Shown here in pieces: positions 27,297-37,001 of a DNA stretch of 64,000 nucleotides. Each line of letters begins with the position of its first letter. Position 1 is the stretch's first letter. The notes under the pieces are model-generated. The model searched no databases. It had not been told where the DNA came from and saw nothing but the letters and a program-made list of their open reading frames with translations. The position numbers and the translations under genes were made by a program. The DNA comes from an uncultured Candidatus Saccharibacteria bacterium (lineage in GTDB: Bacteria > Patescibacteriota > Minisyncoccia > CAIUEV01 > JAHKAQ01). Location: positions 156,199-220,198 of the forward strand of contig CAZRBB010000001.1 in the NCBI GenBank assembly GCA_964598205.1, written 5' to 3'.

Positions 27297-27383
27297 TCAA
27301 AAACAAACAATAACAACATTAATGCCGATTGACCAAATGAGATTTTTAAAAGCGGTAGGATGATTATGATTTTGTTCAGGCAT
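27297..27383 (-). pseudogene. Short remnant resembling a cation diffusion facilitator N-terminus
   Basis: MPEQNHNHPTAFKNLIWSIGINVVIVCF*: His-rich start plus first TM helix, then stop. Confidence 0.4.
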
Positions 27384-27386
27384 ATT

Positions 27387-27846
27387 TTATAAATTGATCA
27401 AATATTTTACCAAAAATTGTAAATAATAGATCCCGGCCAAAAGAAAAACCGTGGCTACACCATAACGCATTACTTTTTCAATCTTCATCATTGCATTATA
27501 CATTTTGCTGATTTTCCCAACGCTAAAAGCCAAAATAAAAGAAAAAAAGATTACCGGCAAACCGGTTCCTAAAATTTTGATGTTCATTTTATTTATTTTA
27601 AAAAGTTTTTTGTATTTTTTGACTGCTTCTTTATTTAAGCGATAGCGAATGAAATTACCTTCGCGTTTTTCGCTTAACAATCCTATATTCTTTAATTGCT
27701 TAAGATGATGAGATGCTAATTTATTAGAAATTCCTATTTCATGAACGATTTCGCAAACGCATTTAGCGCCACAGTCAAGGGCACAAATTATCCCTAAGCG
27801 ATTCGGATCCGCTACCGCCCTGAGAAATTTGTATACTTCTTATCAT
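27387..27846 (-). pseudogene. Chimeric remnant: frameshifted ArsR + thioredoxin-like start (MNIKILGTG) + C-terminus of an ArsG/CcdA-like permease
   Basis: Frame open from 27839: EVYKFLRAVADPNRLGII...CVCEIVHEIGISNKLASHHLKQLKNIGLL...REG; ATG 27846 is out of frame; continues into MNIKILGTG|LPVIFFSFILAF...AGIYYL. Confidence 0.7.
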
Positions 27847-27847
27847 G

Positions 27848-30613
27848 TCAACGACTTAATTTTTTTCTTGCCTCTTCAAACAAGAACACTCCCAAGAAGG
27901 AAACCCCTACCATCAACCAGTCCCAGCTATCGATTGGTGACATTCGCAAATATTTTTGGAAAAAAGGAGCGTACATAAAAATCAATAGAATTCCCAAGGA
28001 AATAAAGGCCGAGCCAATAGTGTATTTATTTTTGAAAAATCCCAAGGCAAAAGGGGAGAGAGTTTCGCTTCGGGATTGAAACAAATTGGCCATTTGCGAC
28101 ATTGCTAGAACGGCATAAGTGGCGGTAGTGGATTTAATATAGAGCGCGGAATCGCTGGACATTAATTCTCCAAATTGCCACCCACCCCTAATCATTGACC
28201 ACAAAAAAGTGATTGTTCCGGCCATGGCCACTACAATTCCAATCATTATAATTCTCTTAAAACAGGCAAAATCAATTATTTCTTTTTGTTGATTGCTTCT
28301 GTTTCTACTTTTGGAATTTATTTCTGGTGGCTCAAGTCCTAATGAAAAAGAAGGAAAAACATCGGTTGCTAAATCAATAGAGAGGATTTGAATCGCTGTA
28401 ATGGGAAAGGGAATGTGAAGTAGAACACCAAAAACAGTGGTAAACAGTTCGCTGGAATTAGAAGAAAAGACATAGTAAACAAACTTTTTTAAATTGGTAA
28501 AAAGAGTTCGTCCTTCTCTAATTCCATTAACAATCGAAGCAAAGTTATCGTCTAAGAGAATCATGTCGGCAGCTTCTTTGGAAACATCTGTTCCCATAAT
28601 TCCCATAGCTATCCCAATATCTGCCTTCTTTAGGGCTGGAGCATCGTTCACACCATCTCCAGTCATGGCGATTGTTTGTTTATTTTTAATCAAAACAGAA
28701 GCAATCCTTAATTTTTGAAGTGGACTAATCCTGGCAAAAACACAAGTCCCTTTTTTTATTCTTTGGTAAAGCTCCTGATCTCCTAGGATTTCTAATTCTT
28801 TACCGCTAATCACTTGATTCTTTTGGGAATTTTGTGGCAATAAACCGATTTTTTTGGCGATTGCCTTGGCTGTAATTTCATAATCGCCGGTAATCATTAT
28901 TGTTTTAATACCTAACTCATGGCATTCGCTAAGGGCTACTGTTACTTCCTTTCTGGGAGGATCGGTCATGGCCATCATTCCTACCCATACTAAATCTTTT
29001 TCTGCTTCCTTTTTTATAAAACCTGTATTTTTTAGTTTTTCTTCTTTTATTTTACTTAAATCACGATAAGCCAAGGCTAATACGCGCAATGCTTCTTGAG
29101 ATAATCGATTGTATTGTTCTTTGATTTTTTCTTTTTCTTTCTGGGAAAATGAAATTAGCCGATCACCGATTTTTATTTGATTGCAAAGATCTATTAATAC
29201 ATCTGGAGAACCTTTTACGAAAGAAATTACTCGGCTATTTTGATAAATTACGCTCATCCGCATTCGGTCGGAAGAAAAAGGATTTTCGCCGATTTTCTTT
29301 TCTCCTTTTTCAAAAAAACCTTCTTCGCTATTGAATTTTTTTCCGGCTACAATCATGGCACCTTCTGTTGGATCGCCGATTATTTTATACCCTTTTTCTT
29401 CTTGGATTAAACTGGCATCATTGCACAGCGTTCCGATTCTAAAAAGTTCTTCTAGATTTTCTACTTCCAAAGGATCAACCCGCTGTCCTTCTAAGAAAAA
29501 TTCACCATTCGGTTCATAGCCATTACCAGTTAAATCAAGTTCTTGGTTAGGTAGGATTACCTTTGTAACGGTTAGTTCGTTTTTGGTGATGGTTCCAGTT
29601 TTGTCCGTGCAGATTATAGATACTGATCCCAAGGTTTCTACGGCACTGAGTTTTTTAGCTAAAACATTCTTTTTTAAAAGCTTTTTCATTCCTACGGATA
29701 GGGCTACAGAAATAGCCGCCGGCAGACCCTCTGGAACCACGGAAACAGCCAACGCTAAAGCAAAAAGAAAACTTTCGTAAGCGTTAATCTTAAAAAAATA
29801 ACCGACCATCATTACTACTACTCCAATAATTAAAGAAATCACGGTAATTTTTTTGCCCAGAATTTTCATTTTTCGCTGAAGAGGGGTGGGATTTTCTTGG
29901 ATCAGTTGAGCCATGGTGGCAATTCTTCCCAGTTCCGTTTCCATTCCAGTGGCTGTTACTACAAATTTTCCTTCCCCATTAGTCACTGATTCTCCAAGAA
30001 AAACCATGTTGGAAATATCGGACAAAATAACTTTTTCTTTTTTCATTGCTCCGGTTCTTCTAAACTCATCTTTTGATTCCCCCGAAAAAACAAACCCGTT
30101 AATTTTTAATTCGTAAGCTTCAAAAAGATAACCATCGGCTGGGACAGCATTGCCTGCCGATAAAAAAATAACATCTCCTAAAACCACTTCTGTTACTTTG
30201 ATTTCTTTTTTTTGGCCATTTCGAATAACCAATGTTTTGTCTGTAATTAAATTTTTTAATTTGTTTATGATTTGCTCCGCTTTGAATTCTTGAAAAAACC
30301 CCACCAAGGAATTAATTAAAACAATTATTAAAATAATTACTACATCACGAATCTCTCCAAAGAAAAAAGCCAATCCGGCTGCAACCAGTAGGATCCAAAT
30401 CAGAGCATCTTTAAATTGATCACCAAATATTCTTAATTTTTGCCAGCCAACCCGTTCCTTTATTTTATTTTCTCCGTATAATCGCAGTCTTTCTTCCGCT
30501 TCTTTATCTAGAAGACCTTTTTCATTGGAACTAAAAAATTCCAAAACTTCTTGGGGAGTGGCATTGTAAATTTCGCTACTAAATTCTTTTCCCATGGAGG
30601 ATTGATCTGCCAT
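27848..30613 (-). CDS. P2-type cation-transporting ATPase
   Basis: VPEGLP, DKTGT, KGSPD, DPPR, MITGD, GDGVND; TGES replaced by SGES. Confidence 0.95.
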   Translation of the reverse strand: MADQSSMGKEFSSEIYNATPQEVLEFFSSNEKGLLDKEAEERLRLYGENKIKERVGWQKLRIFGDQFKDALIWILLVAAGLAFFFGEIRDVVIILIIVLINSLVGFFQEFKAEQIINKLKNLITDKTLVIRNGQKKEIKVTEVVLGDVIFLSAGNAVPADGYLFEAYELKINGFVFSGESKDEFRRTGAMKKEKVILSDISNMVFLGESVTNGEGKFVVTATGMETELGRIATMAQLIQENPTPLQRKMKILGKKITVISLIIGVVVMMVGYFFKINAYESFLFALALAVSVVPEGLPAAISVALSVGMKKLLKKNVLAKKLSAVETLGSVSIICTDKTGTITKNELTVTKVILPNQELDLTGNGYEPNGEFFLEGQRVDPLEVENLEELFRIGTLCNDASLIQEEKGYKIIGDPTEGAMIVAGKKFNSEEGFFEKGEKKIGENPFSSDRMRMSVIYQNSRVISFVKGSPDVLIDLCNQIKIGDRLISFSQKEKEKIKEQYNRLSQEALRVLALAYRDLSKIKEEKLKNTGFIKKEAEKDLVWVGMMAMTDPPRKEVTVALSECHELGIKTIMITGDYEITAKAIAKKIGLLPQNSQKNQVISGKELEILGDQELYQRIKKGTCVFARISPLQKLRIASVLIKNKQTIAMTGDGVNDAPALKKADIGIAMGIMGTDVSKEAADMILLDDNFASIVNGIREGRTLFTNLKKFVYYVFSSNSSELFTTVFGVLLHIPFPITAIQILSIDLATDVFPSFSLGLEPPEINSKSRNRSNQQKEIIDFACFKRIIMIGIVVAMAGTITFLWSMIRGGWQFGELMSSDSALYIKSTTATYAVLAMSQMANLFQSRSETLSPFALGFFKNKYTIGSAFISLGILLIFMYAPFFQKYLRMSPIDSWDWLMVGVSFLGVFLFEEARKKLSR

Positions 30614-30683
30614 CTATTTTTTTTAATTTTGACTCATTTTCTCACAAATTTTAAGATTTGTCTTTTATTTAATCCCAGGAGAT

Positions 30684-30800
30684 AAATTTTTAATTACGAA
30701 TTTTGAGTTTTGATTAAAATTCTAATTTTGAATTTTAAAACAATTTAGAATTTTGAGTTTCCAATTTTATTCAAAATTAAAAACTCAAAATTAAAAATTA
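30684..30800. repeat. AT-rich imperfect palindromic heptamer repeat, copy 2
   Basis: aatttttaattacgaattttgagttttg...caaaattaaaaactcaaaattaaaaatt in a divergent intergenic region. Confidence 0.6.
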
Positions 30801-30866
30801 AGGGTAGCGTTTTCAATTCTGATTGGATTCGCTACAATTAAAAAATAACAGTAAGTATTCAAAATC

Positions 30867-32090
30867 ATGAGCGTAGCCAATGTTCCAGTATTAAAGGACC
30901 AAAAACTAATCGATCTTTTTTTAGAGAGGGGAACAGACAAAATCTATCCTTCTCCTTCCGCTCTAAAAAAGAAATTACTTTCTGGAGAAAGAATTAAAGT
31001 TTATCAGGGCTTTGACCCCTCCGGTCCGCACCTGCATGTTGGCCATGCAATAGGCATTAGGGCTTTAAGGATTTTGCAACAGTTGGGCCACGAAGTGATT
31101 TTTTTAGTAGGGGACTATACTGCCAAAGTAGGAGATCCAGACAAAGAAACAACCAGAAAAATGTTAACCGACGAAGAAATAGAAAAAAATATGGCTGGTT
31201 GGAAAACTCAGGCGGCGCAGTTGATTGATTTTTCTGGCAAAAATCCAGTAAGTTTTGAAAGAAATTACCATTGGCTTAGTCATTTAAAAATGGAAGACAC
31301 AATCAAATTAATGTCTAATATTACCGTTCAGCGAATGTTAGAGCGGGATCTTTTTGAAAAGCGAATCAAAAACAATGAACCTCTTTATCTCCACGAATTT
31401 ATCTACCCTCTTTTGCAGGGATACGATGGTGTGGCCATGAAAGTAGATTTAGAAATTGGTGGCAGCGATCAAACTTTTAACATGCTAGTGGGGCGGGAAT
31501 TAGTAAAAAGTTATTTAGGAAAAGAAAAGTTTGTGCGCACTAATCGCATGATGGAAGCAGCCGACGGCCGAACCATGAGTAAAACCAAGGGTAACGGAAT
31601 TAATTTGGCCGATTCGCCAAAAGAAATGTACGGCAAGGCTATGGCCTATCCTGATAGTTTGATTATTACTGGGTTAGAATTATTAACGGAACTAACCCCC
31701 GCCGAAATTAAAGAATGCGAACAGGCCATAAAGAATGGTACCAATCCAATGGAAATCAAAAAAAAGTTAGCCTTTGAAATTGTCCGATTGATTAAGGGGA
31801 GTACAGAAGCCACAGAAGCCGAGCAAGCTTTTATAAAAACTTTTTCCTTACGAGAAACACCAACCGACATTCCTAAAATTAAAGCGGGTAACGAGATGGT
31901 GATTTTAGAAATTCTAAAAACCTGCCTTAAAAATGAATATTCCGGCAGTCAATTAAGAAAACTAATTACAGAAGGAGCGGTGCGCTTGGATGGCGAAAAA
32001 ATTCAAGACTTAAATCAAAAAATCACAGTCAAAAAAGGAGGGGCTGAGTTGAAGGTAGGGAAAAGAAAGTGGTTTCGACTGGTAAATTAG
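30867..32090 (+). CDS. tyrS: Tyrosine--tRNA ligase
   Basis: GFDP...HVGH, YPLLQGYD, GGSDQ, MSKT, C-terminal S4 domain. Confidence 0.96.
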   Translation: MSVANVPVLKDQKLIDLFLERGTDKIYPSPSALKKKLLSGERIKVYQGFDPSGPHLHVGHAIGIRALRILQQLGHEVIFLVGDYTAKVGDPDKETTRKMLTDEEIEKNMAGWKTQAAQLIDFSGKNPVSFERNYHWLSHLKMEDTIKLMSNITVQRMLERDLFEKRIKNNEPLYLHEFIYPLLQGYDGVAMKVDLEIGGSDQTFNMLVGRELVKSYLGKEKFVRTNRMMEAADGRTMSKTKGNGINLADSPKEMYGKAMAYPDSLIITGLELLTELTPAEIKECEQAIKNGTNPMEIKKKLAFEIVRLIKGSTEATEAEQAFIKTFSLRETPTDIPKIKAGNEMVILEILKTCLKNEYSGSQLRKLITEGAVRLDGEKIQDLNQKITVKKGGAELKVGKRKWFRLVN

Positions 32091-32280
32091 TTTTAGAAGA
32101 AATTTTCCTATTTTTTTCTTTTTTTTAATAATTTGTTTTTTATAATAAAGGAAATAAACTTTATTCAATCATTCATGGCAGGGGATTGGAAAGTTTTTTT
32201 CTACTTCGCTATAAAAATAATTTTCATTTACAAATTAAATTAAGAGAAATGTATAACTAATTTCTTTAATCTCGGAAAAT

Positions 32281-33060
32281 ATGACAGCAATAGATACAAA
32301 ATACTTTAAAGAATATAGAGAGAAACTTGGCTTTACTAATCAGTGCGAAGTAAAAGCATTTTGGGCTGCAAAAGATATTACCCCCACGGTTGATTATGCT
32401 TATATCAACTTACTAAATAAAAGATTGTTCGAAATTGTTGAGAAAATAAACAATCTGGTTGTTGATGAAATTAAGGTTGAAAATCTAAATGGTTTTTGTG
32501 TTGAAAACATAAAATCAGTTTTTAAAAAATTAAAAACCCACAACATTATTTCGAAACTAAACAATCAGGGGAGAAGACCCGAGGAAGTCTATTTTTCATG
32601 GATGAGAGGCTTTATAATCTCATCCTATTTCTTAAGTGCTTTAAGCAGGGTCTTTGAGGTCAATATTGAAAATATTGAATTGATTGGTGATGATGATTTG
32701 ATAAATATTGAAACTTTCAAAAGAACACCAAAGGCAGATTTACAAATCAATTTAAGAAATGGTGAGAAAGTTAGGATTGAAGTTCAGTCTGGATTTCAAG
32801 GAATAAACGACATTAAACAGCACAAGGTTTTAGAAGCTAAAAGAATAAAAAGAGAAAAAAGTGTTTCTTCATTAGTAATTCATTTCGACTTATTTAATGG
32901 CCAAGTTTCTTTTATTAAAATAGATGAGATTGAAGATGACAGTATAAATTGGATAACAAGACAACAAATGGAGGGACAAACTGTATTTAACATAGATCAA
33001 AACTATTTTGTTTGGAAATTAACTGAAAATCCTCCTAAGTTTACAGATCTATCTTTCTAA
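32281..33060 (+). CDS. Type II restriction endonuclease (PD-(D/E)xK fold), probably HpyCH4IV-like
   Basis: PKADL...IEVQ motif; 3 bp upstream of a C5 methyltransferase. Confidence 0.7.
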   Translation: MTAIDTKYFKEYREKLGFTNQCEVKAFWAAKDITPTVDYAYINLLNKRLFEIVEKINNLVVDEIKVENLNGFCVENIKSVFKKLKTHNIISKLNNQGRRPEEVYFSWMRGFIISSYFLSALSRVFEVNIENIELIGDDDLINIETFKRTPKADLQINLRNGEKVRIEVQSGFQGINDIKQHKVLEAKRIKREKSVSSLVIHFDLFNGQVSFIKIDEIEDDSINWITRQQMEGQTVFNIDQNYFVWKLTENPPKFTDLSF

Positions 33061-33063
33061 ATC

Positions 33064-34188
33064 ATGGGAATAGTTAAAAAAATCAAAATAATAGATTTAT
33101 TTGCGGGTGTTGGAGGGTTAAGCTATGGATTCGCCCATGATAATAATTTCAAAATTGTTACTGCAAATGAAATTTTGCCCAATATGGCGAAAGCTTACAA
33201 GTTAAACCACCCTACCGTAAAAGTTTATTGCAAGGATATTAAAGAATTCGGTATTAATGATTTAGAACGGGATCTTAATATTAAAAAAGGTAATATTGAT
33301 CTAGTTATTGGCGGTCCTCCTTGTCAGGCATATTCGACAGTAGGAAAGAGATTAATTGATGATCCAAAAGGCAGATTATTCCAAGAATATTATAGAATTT
33401 TAAAAGAAATAGAACCTAAAGTTTTTCTTTTTGAAAATGTAAAAGGTCTTTTATCTATGCAAGGAGGTAAATTATTAAAGACGATCATTTCATTATTTGA
33501 ATCATTAAAATACAAAGTTGTTTATAGAGTTCTAAACTCAGCAGATTATGGGGTTCCGCAAATCAGGGAGAGAGTTATTGTAATAGGGACAAAATTAAAT
33601 TCAAAGTTTGATTATCCAGAACCGACTCATTACAATTCAGAAAATGGACAAACGGCTTTGACCCAAGAATTACTACCATATCTAACATTATCAGATGCAA
33701 TAAGCGATTTACCTTTTATTAAAAGTGGAGAAGAAAGTTTTAATTATGCGGATGAACCAAGAAATGAATTTCAAAAATTAATGAGAAATAATTCTCCTAA
33801 AAAATTAATGGATCATAACGCTCCAAACAATAATAAAAATTTGGTAAAAATTATGGAAAGTTTACCTGACGGTGGGACTCCTGAGGATTTGCCAGAAAAA
33901 CTAAGACCCAAAAGCGGTTTTGCCAATACTTATTGTAGATTATGGTGGAACAGACCAAGTACAACTATTACAAGAAACTTAAGCACTCCTTCTTCATCGA
34001 GATGTATTCATCCAAAAGCACCAAGACCATTGACCACAAGAGAAGGAGCGAGAATACAATGTTTTCCTGATAATTATTTCTTTTATGGTTCAAGGAGCGA
34101 TAAAAATTTACAAATTGGAAATGCCGTACCTACGCTTCTGTCAGTTGCATTAAAAGAATCTATTAGAAAACATTTTTTAGGAAAATAA
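33064..34188 (+). CDS. DNA (cytosine-5)-methyltransferase of a type II R-M pair
   Basis: DLFAGVGG, GGPPCQ, FENV, PQ.RER, REGARIQ, QIGNAVP. Confidence 0.95.
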   Translation: MGIVKKIKIIDLFAGVGGLSYGFAHDNNFKIVTANEILPNMAKAYKLNHPTVKVYCKDIKEFGINDLERDLNIKKGNIDLVIGGPPCQAYSTVGKRLIDDPKGRLFQEYYRILKEIEPKVFLFENVKGLLSMQGGKLLKTIISLFESLKYKVVYRVLNSADYGVPQIRERVIVIGTKLNSKFDYPEPTHYNSENGQTALTQELLPYLTLSDAISDLPFIKSGEESFNYADEPRNEFQKLMRNNSPKKLMDHNAPNNNKNLVKIMESLPDGGTPEDLPEKLRPKSGFANTYCRLWWNRPSTTITRNLSTPSSSRCIHPKAPRPLTTREGARIQCFPDNYFFYGSRSDKNLQIGNAVPTLLSVALKESIRKHFLGK

Positions 34189-34201
34189 TAATTTTTATCA
34201 A

Positions 34202-34225
34202 AAAACTCCCCTTTCGGGGAGTTTT
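34202..34225. terminator. Bidirectional intrinsic terminator between MTase and tRNA-Met
   Basis: aaaactcccc-tttc-ggggagtttt. Confidence 0.8.
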
Positions 34226-34231
34226 AACTTG

Positions 34232-34304
34232 TTGCGGGGGGCGGACTCGAACCGCCAACCTTGAGGTTATGGGCCTCACGAGCTGCCAATTGCTCCACCC
34301 CGCG
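34232..34304 (-). tRNA. Initiator tRNA-Met(CAT)
   Basis: C1:A72 mismatch, A11:U24, anticodon arm TGAGG-CCCATAA-CCTCA; CCA not encoded. Confidence 0.93.
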
Positions 34305-34399
34305 ATGCCTCTATTTATAGTTGTTCAGTTAGATAAGGTCAAGCTTTATATAAGAGATTTTCCTGTTTGAGTATATTTCATTGTTAAAGCCTTGCCGTT

Positions 34400-36622
34400 T
34401 CAACTATTATCCGGAGTTCTTTTTTCTAAATCTACGCTTAAAAGTTGAGAGGTGCCGTCTTTTCTTAAGGTAACTCCATAAAGTAAGCGGACTTCTTTCA
34501 TTATTTCTCGGTTGTGAGTGATTACAATAAATTGAGAATGGCGGGCCATATTTTTTACCACTTTGGTAAAGTTGGCAGAATTGGTTTCGTCCAAGGAAGC
34601 GTCTACTTCGTCTAATAAAACAAAAGGAGGCGGGTTGCTGCTAATAATTGCAAATAAAAGCGCCAAAGAAGTTAATGTTTTTTCGCCACCAGAAAGCATG
34701 CTGGTGCTTTTGATTCTTTTTCTAGGAAGACTCATTTTTATTTCTATTCCTTGAGGCATATTTTGTTCTTCGGTTGAATATTCTGTTTTTTCCGTTTCTT
34801 CTTTTTCTTCCAAAACTAAAACAAGTTCGGCCTGCCCACCTCCAAAAATAATTTCAAAATATTTCTGGAATTTTCCATTGACCTTTTCTAAGGTTAAAGA
34901 AAAACGGGTATTAATCTCCTTGTCTAATTCTTTGATCATTTTTCTGAGCGTTTTTTCTGTTTCTTTAATGTCTTTTGTTTCTTCCTTTAAAAATATAAAT
35001 CGTTCTTTTGTTTCTTGGTACTCTTTTAATACTTCTTCTCCAATGGAATCACAAACCTCTAGCTGTCTTTTAAGCATTTCTAGTTGTGAATCGGCGACTA
35101 GAATCTCTTTTCTTTCTAGCTCTTCTTCCTTTTTTAGATCCAAAAAATCTGGCAGCTTTCCTAAAAGTCGCTGTGCTTTTTCGTTTTGCCGTTCTTCTGT
35201 CATTGCTAAGCGGGAAAATTCTATTTTTAACGAATTGATTCGGTCCTTGATCGTCTCTTTGAAACGATTTCTTTGTTCCGCTTCTTCGGCTAATTGATAA
35301 AACCGTCTCTTTTTTTCTGTTTCTTTCTTATCCAAAAAAGCAATCTCGCTTCTAATCGCCACATCCTTACTGCTCAAAACACTTATTTCTTTTTCTTGAT
35401 TTTTTATTTCTAAAACTTCTTTTTCCAATGCTTTTTTAAGTTCAATTACTTTTTCTTCTCCGCCAGTTCGGATAACACCTTTTTGCAAGGCAGATTTTAA
35501 ATTCAGGATTTCTGTTTTAGTTTTTTCCAAGATCTCTTTAATAGAGGAATCTTTTTTCTCCCAAAGGGTGATTTTATCTAAAATTGTTTCTAGCTTTTGT
35601 TCCACAAAGGGAAGATCCACCTTCTTTACCAAGAGCGATTCTTCTAGCTTTATTTTTTCTTTAATAATTTCTATTCGGCCATCACTAATAGCGCGTTGTC
35701 TTTCGGATTCGTTTTTTTGGATCCTTATTTTTTCTAATTGTTTTTCCAATTCTTCTGTTTTTGGTTCGGTGCAAGTACTTTCTTTAGCGGTCGCTTCTAG
35801 CTCTTGGTTTATTTGAGTAGTTTCTTGATTTTTTTGATCTAGAATTTTCTGCTCCTTTTCTAGCTTTAAAGAAATAGCTTCTTTTTTATCTTGGTGTTCT
35901 TTTTTTAGTGTTCCAAAATAGCGCCTAGCCAATTCGTTAAAAGCCGATTGTAACGCTTTCTCTTCGGTTTTTTTTTCGGCGGTTGCCTCCAAGCTTTCTA
36001 CTCGGGGTTTTATTTCTAAAAGAGAGGCTTCTGTTTTGGCCAAGTTAAAAAGTGTTTCTTCTAGATTTTTTCTTGAGTCTTCCTTTTTTATTTCCAAATG
36101 TTTAACGCAGGCGGCTTCTTCCAAAATTTTTCTTCTTTCCAATGGGGAAGCGGCCAACAATCGGTCGGCCATTCCTTGATTCACAATGGAATAGCTTTCC
36201 CTGCCAATACCGGCTTCTCCTAAAAGACTAACGATTTCTTTTAGGGAGGCGCGACTGTTATTTAGAAAATATTCATTTTCACCGCTTCTATAGATTTTTC
36301 TAGAAATAGTGATTTCGGAAAATTCTACCGGAATTTTTTTTCCGCTGTTGTCAAAAAAAAGCGTTACTCTGGCAGCAGAAAGAGGTTTTTTAAGTGGGCT
36401 ACCGGCAAAAATAACATCTAAGTTTTTTTTACCGCGAAAACTTTTCTTACTTCCTCCGCCTAGCCCCCATTTAATAGCGTCGGCAATATTGCTTTTGCCG
36501 GAACCATTTGGCCCTACAATGGCCGTTATTTCTGGGTTTCCTTCCAAGGAATCGGGAAAAACAAGAGTTGTTTTGTGGTAGAAAGACTTAAAACCGGCGA
36601 GCTCTATTTTCTTTAAGCGCAT
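34400..36622 (-). CDS. smc: Short SMC-family ATPase (740 aa) without a recognisable hinge
   Basis: GFKSF, GPNGSGKSN, Q-loop, LSGGE, LLDEVD, ITH; coiled coil between the head halves. Confidence 0.85.
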   Translation of the reverse strand: MRLKKIELAGFKSFYHKTTLVFPDSLEGNPEITAIVGPNGSGKSNIADAIKWGLGGGSKKSFRGKKNLDVIFAGSPLKKPLSAARVTLFFDNSGKKIPVEFSEITISRKIYRSGENEYFLNNSRASLKEIVSLLGEAGIGRESYSIVNQGMADRLLAASPLERRKILEEAACVKHLEIKKEDSRKNLEETLFNLAKTEASLLEIKPRVESLEATAEKKTEEKALQSAFNELARRYFGTLKKEHQDKKEAISLKLEKEQKILDQKNQETTQINQELEATAKESTCTEPKTEELEKQLEKIRIQKNESERQRAISDGRIEIIKEKIKLEESLLVKKVDLPFVEQKLETILDKITLWEKKDSSIKEILEKTKTEILNLKSALQKGVIRTGGEEKVIELKKALEKEVLEIKNQEKEISVLSSKDVAIRSEIAFLDKKETEKKRRFYQLAEEAEQRNRFKETIKDRINSLKIEFSRLAMTEERQNEKAQRLLGKLPDFLDLKKEEELERKEILVADSQLEMLKRQLEVCDSIGEEVLKEYQETKERFIFLKEETKDIKETEKTLRKMIKELDKEINTRFSLTLEKVNGKFQKYFEIIFGGGQAELVLVLEEKEETEKTEYSTEEQNMPQGIEIKMSLPRKRIKSTSMLSGGEKTLTSLALLFAIISSNPPPFVLLDEVDASLDETNSANFTKVVKNMARHSQFIVITHNREIMKEVRLLYGVTLRKDGTSQLLSVDLEKRTPDNS

Positions 36623-36787
36623 TTTAGATTCTTTTTATTTTCTCTTTCGTTTCTTTTTAAACACTTTTGTCTAAGCTGAGCCTAGTTCTTTTTCATTAAC
36701 AGGAACAATCATAGCATATTTAAAAATCAGTCTAAAGTCGGCTAATTACGAATTATGTTCCGTTTTTTCTCGGAAGCAATGTTCCCA

Positions 36788-36939
36788 GAGGAAGCTTCTT
36801 GTTCCCATGAAAGAGACCAGAGGAGTATCCATTGGGTAGACTAACGAGGAGGCTCCTTATTCCCACGAAAGAGAGTAGAGGAGTATCCATTGGGTAGACT
36901 AAGAGCCATGTCTACCCAATGGATACTCCTCTACTCTCT
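36788..36939. repeat. Composite element: two tandem 57-bp units plus a perfect 30-bp hairpin (families B/C)
   Basis: Units 36788-36844 and 36846-36902; arms 36870-36899 / 36910-36939 with loop taagagccat. Confidence 0.88.
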
Positions 36940-37001
36940 AAGCCAGACCCTTGACCTAGAAAAATAAAAATGCCAGCTTTACCCGTTAATTATTTTTTTC
37001 T

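Noticed and set aside
36788-36939. Possible mini-CRISPR array
   Set aside because: Only two adjacent units with no unique spacers, the third copy is inverted, and no cas genes are present.
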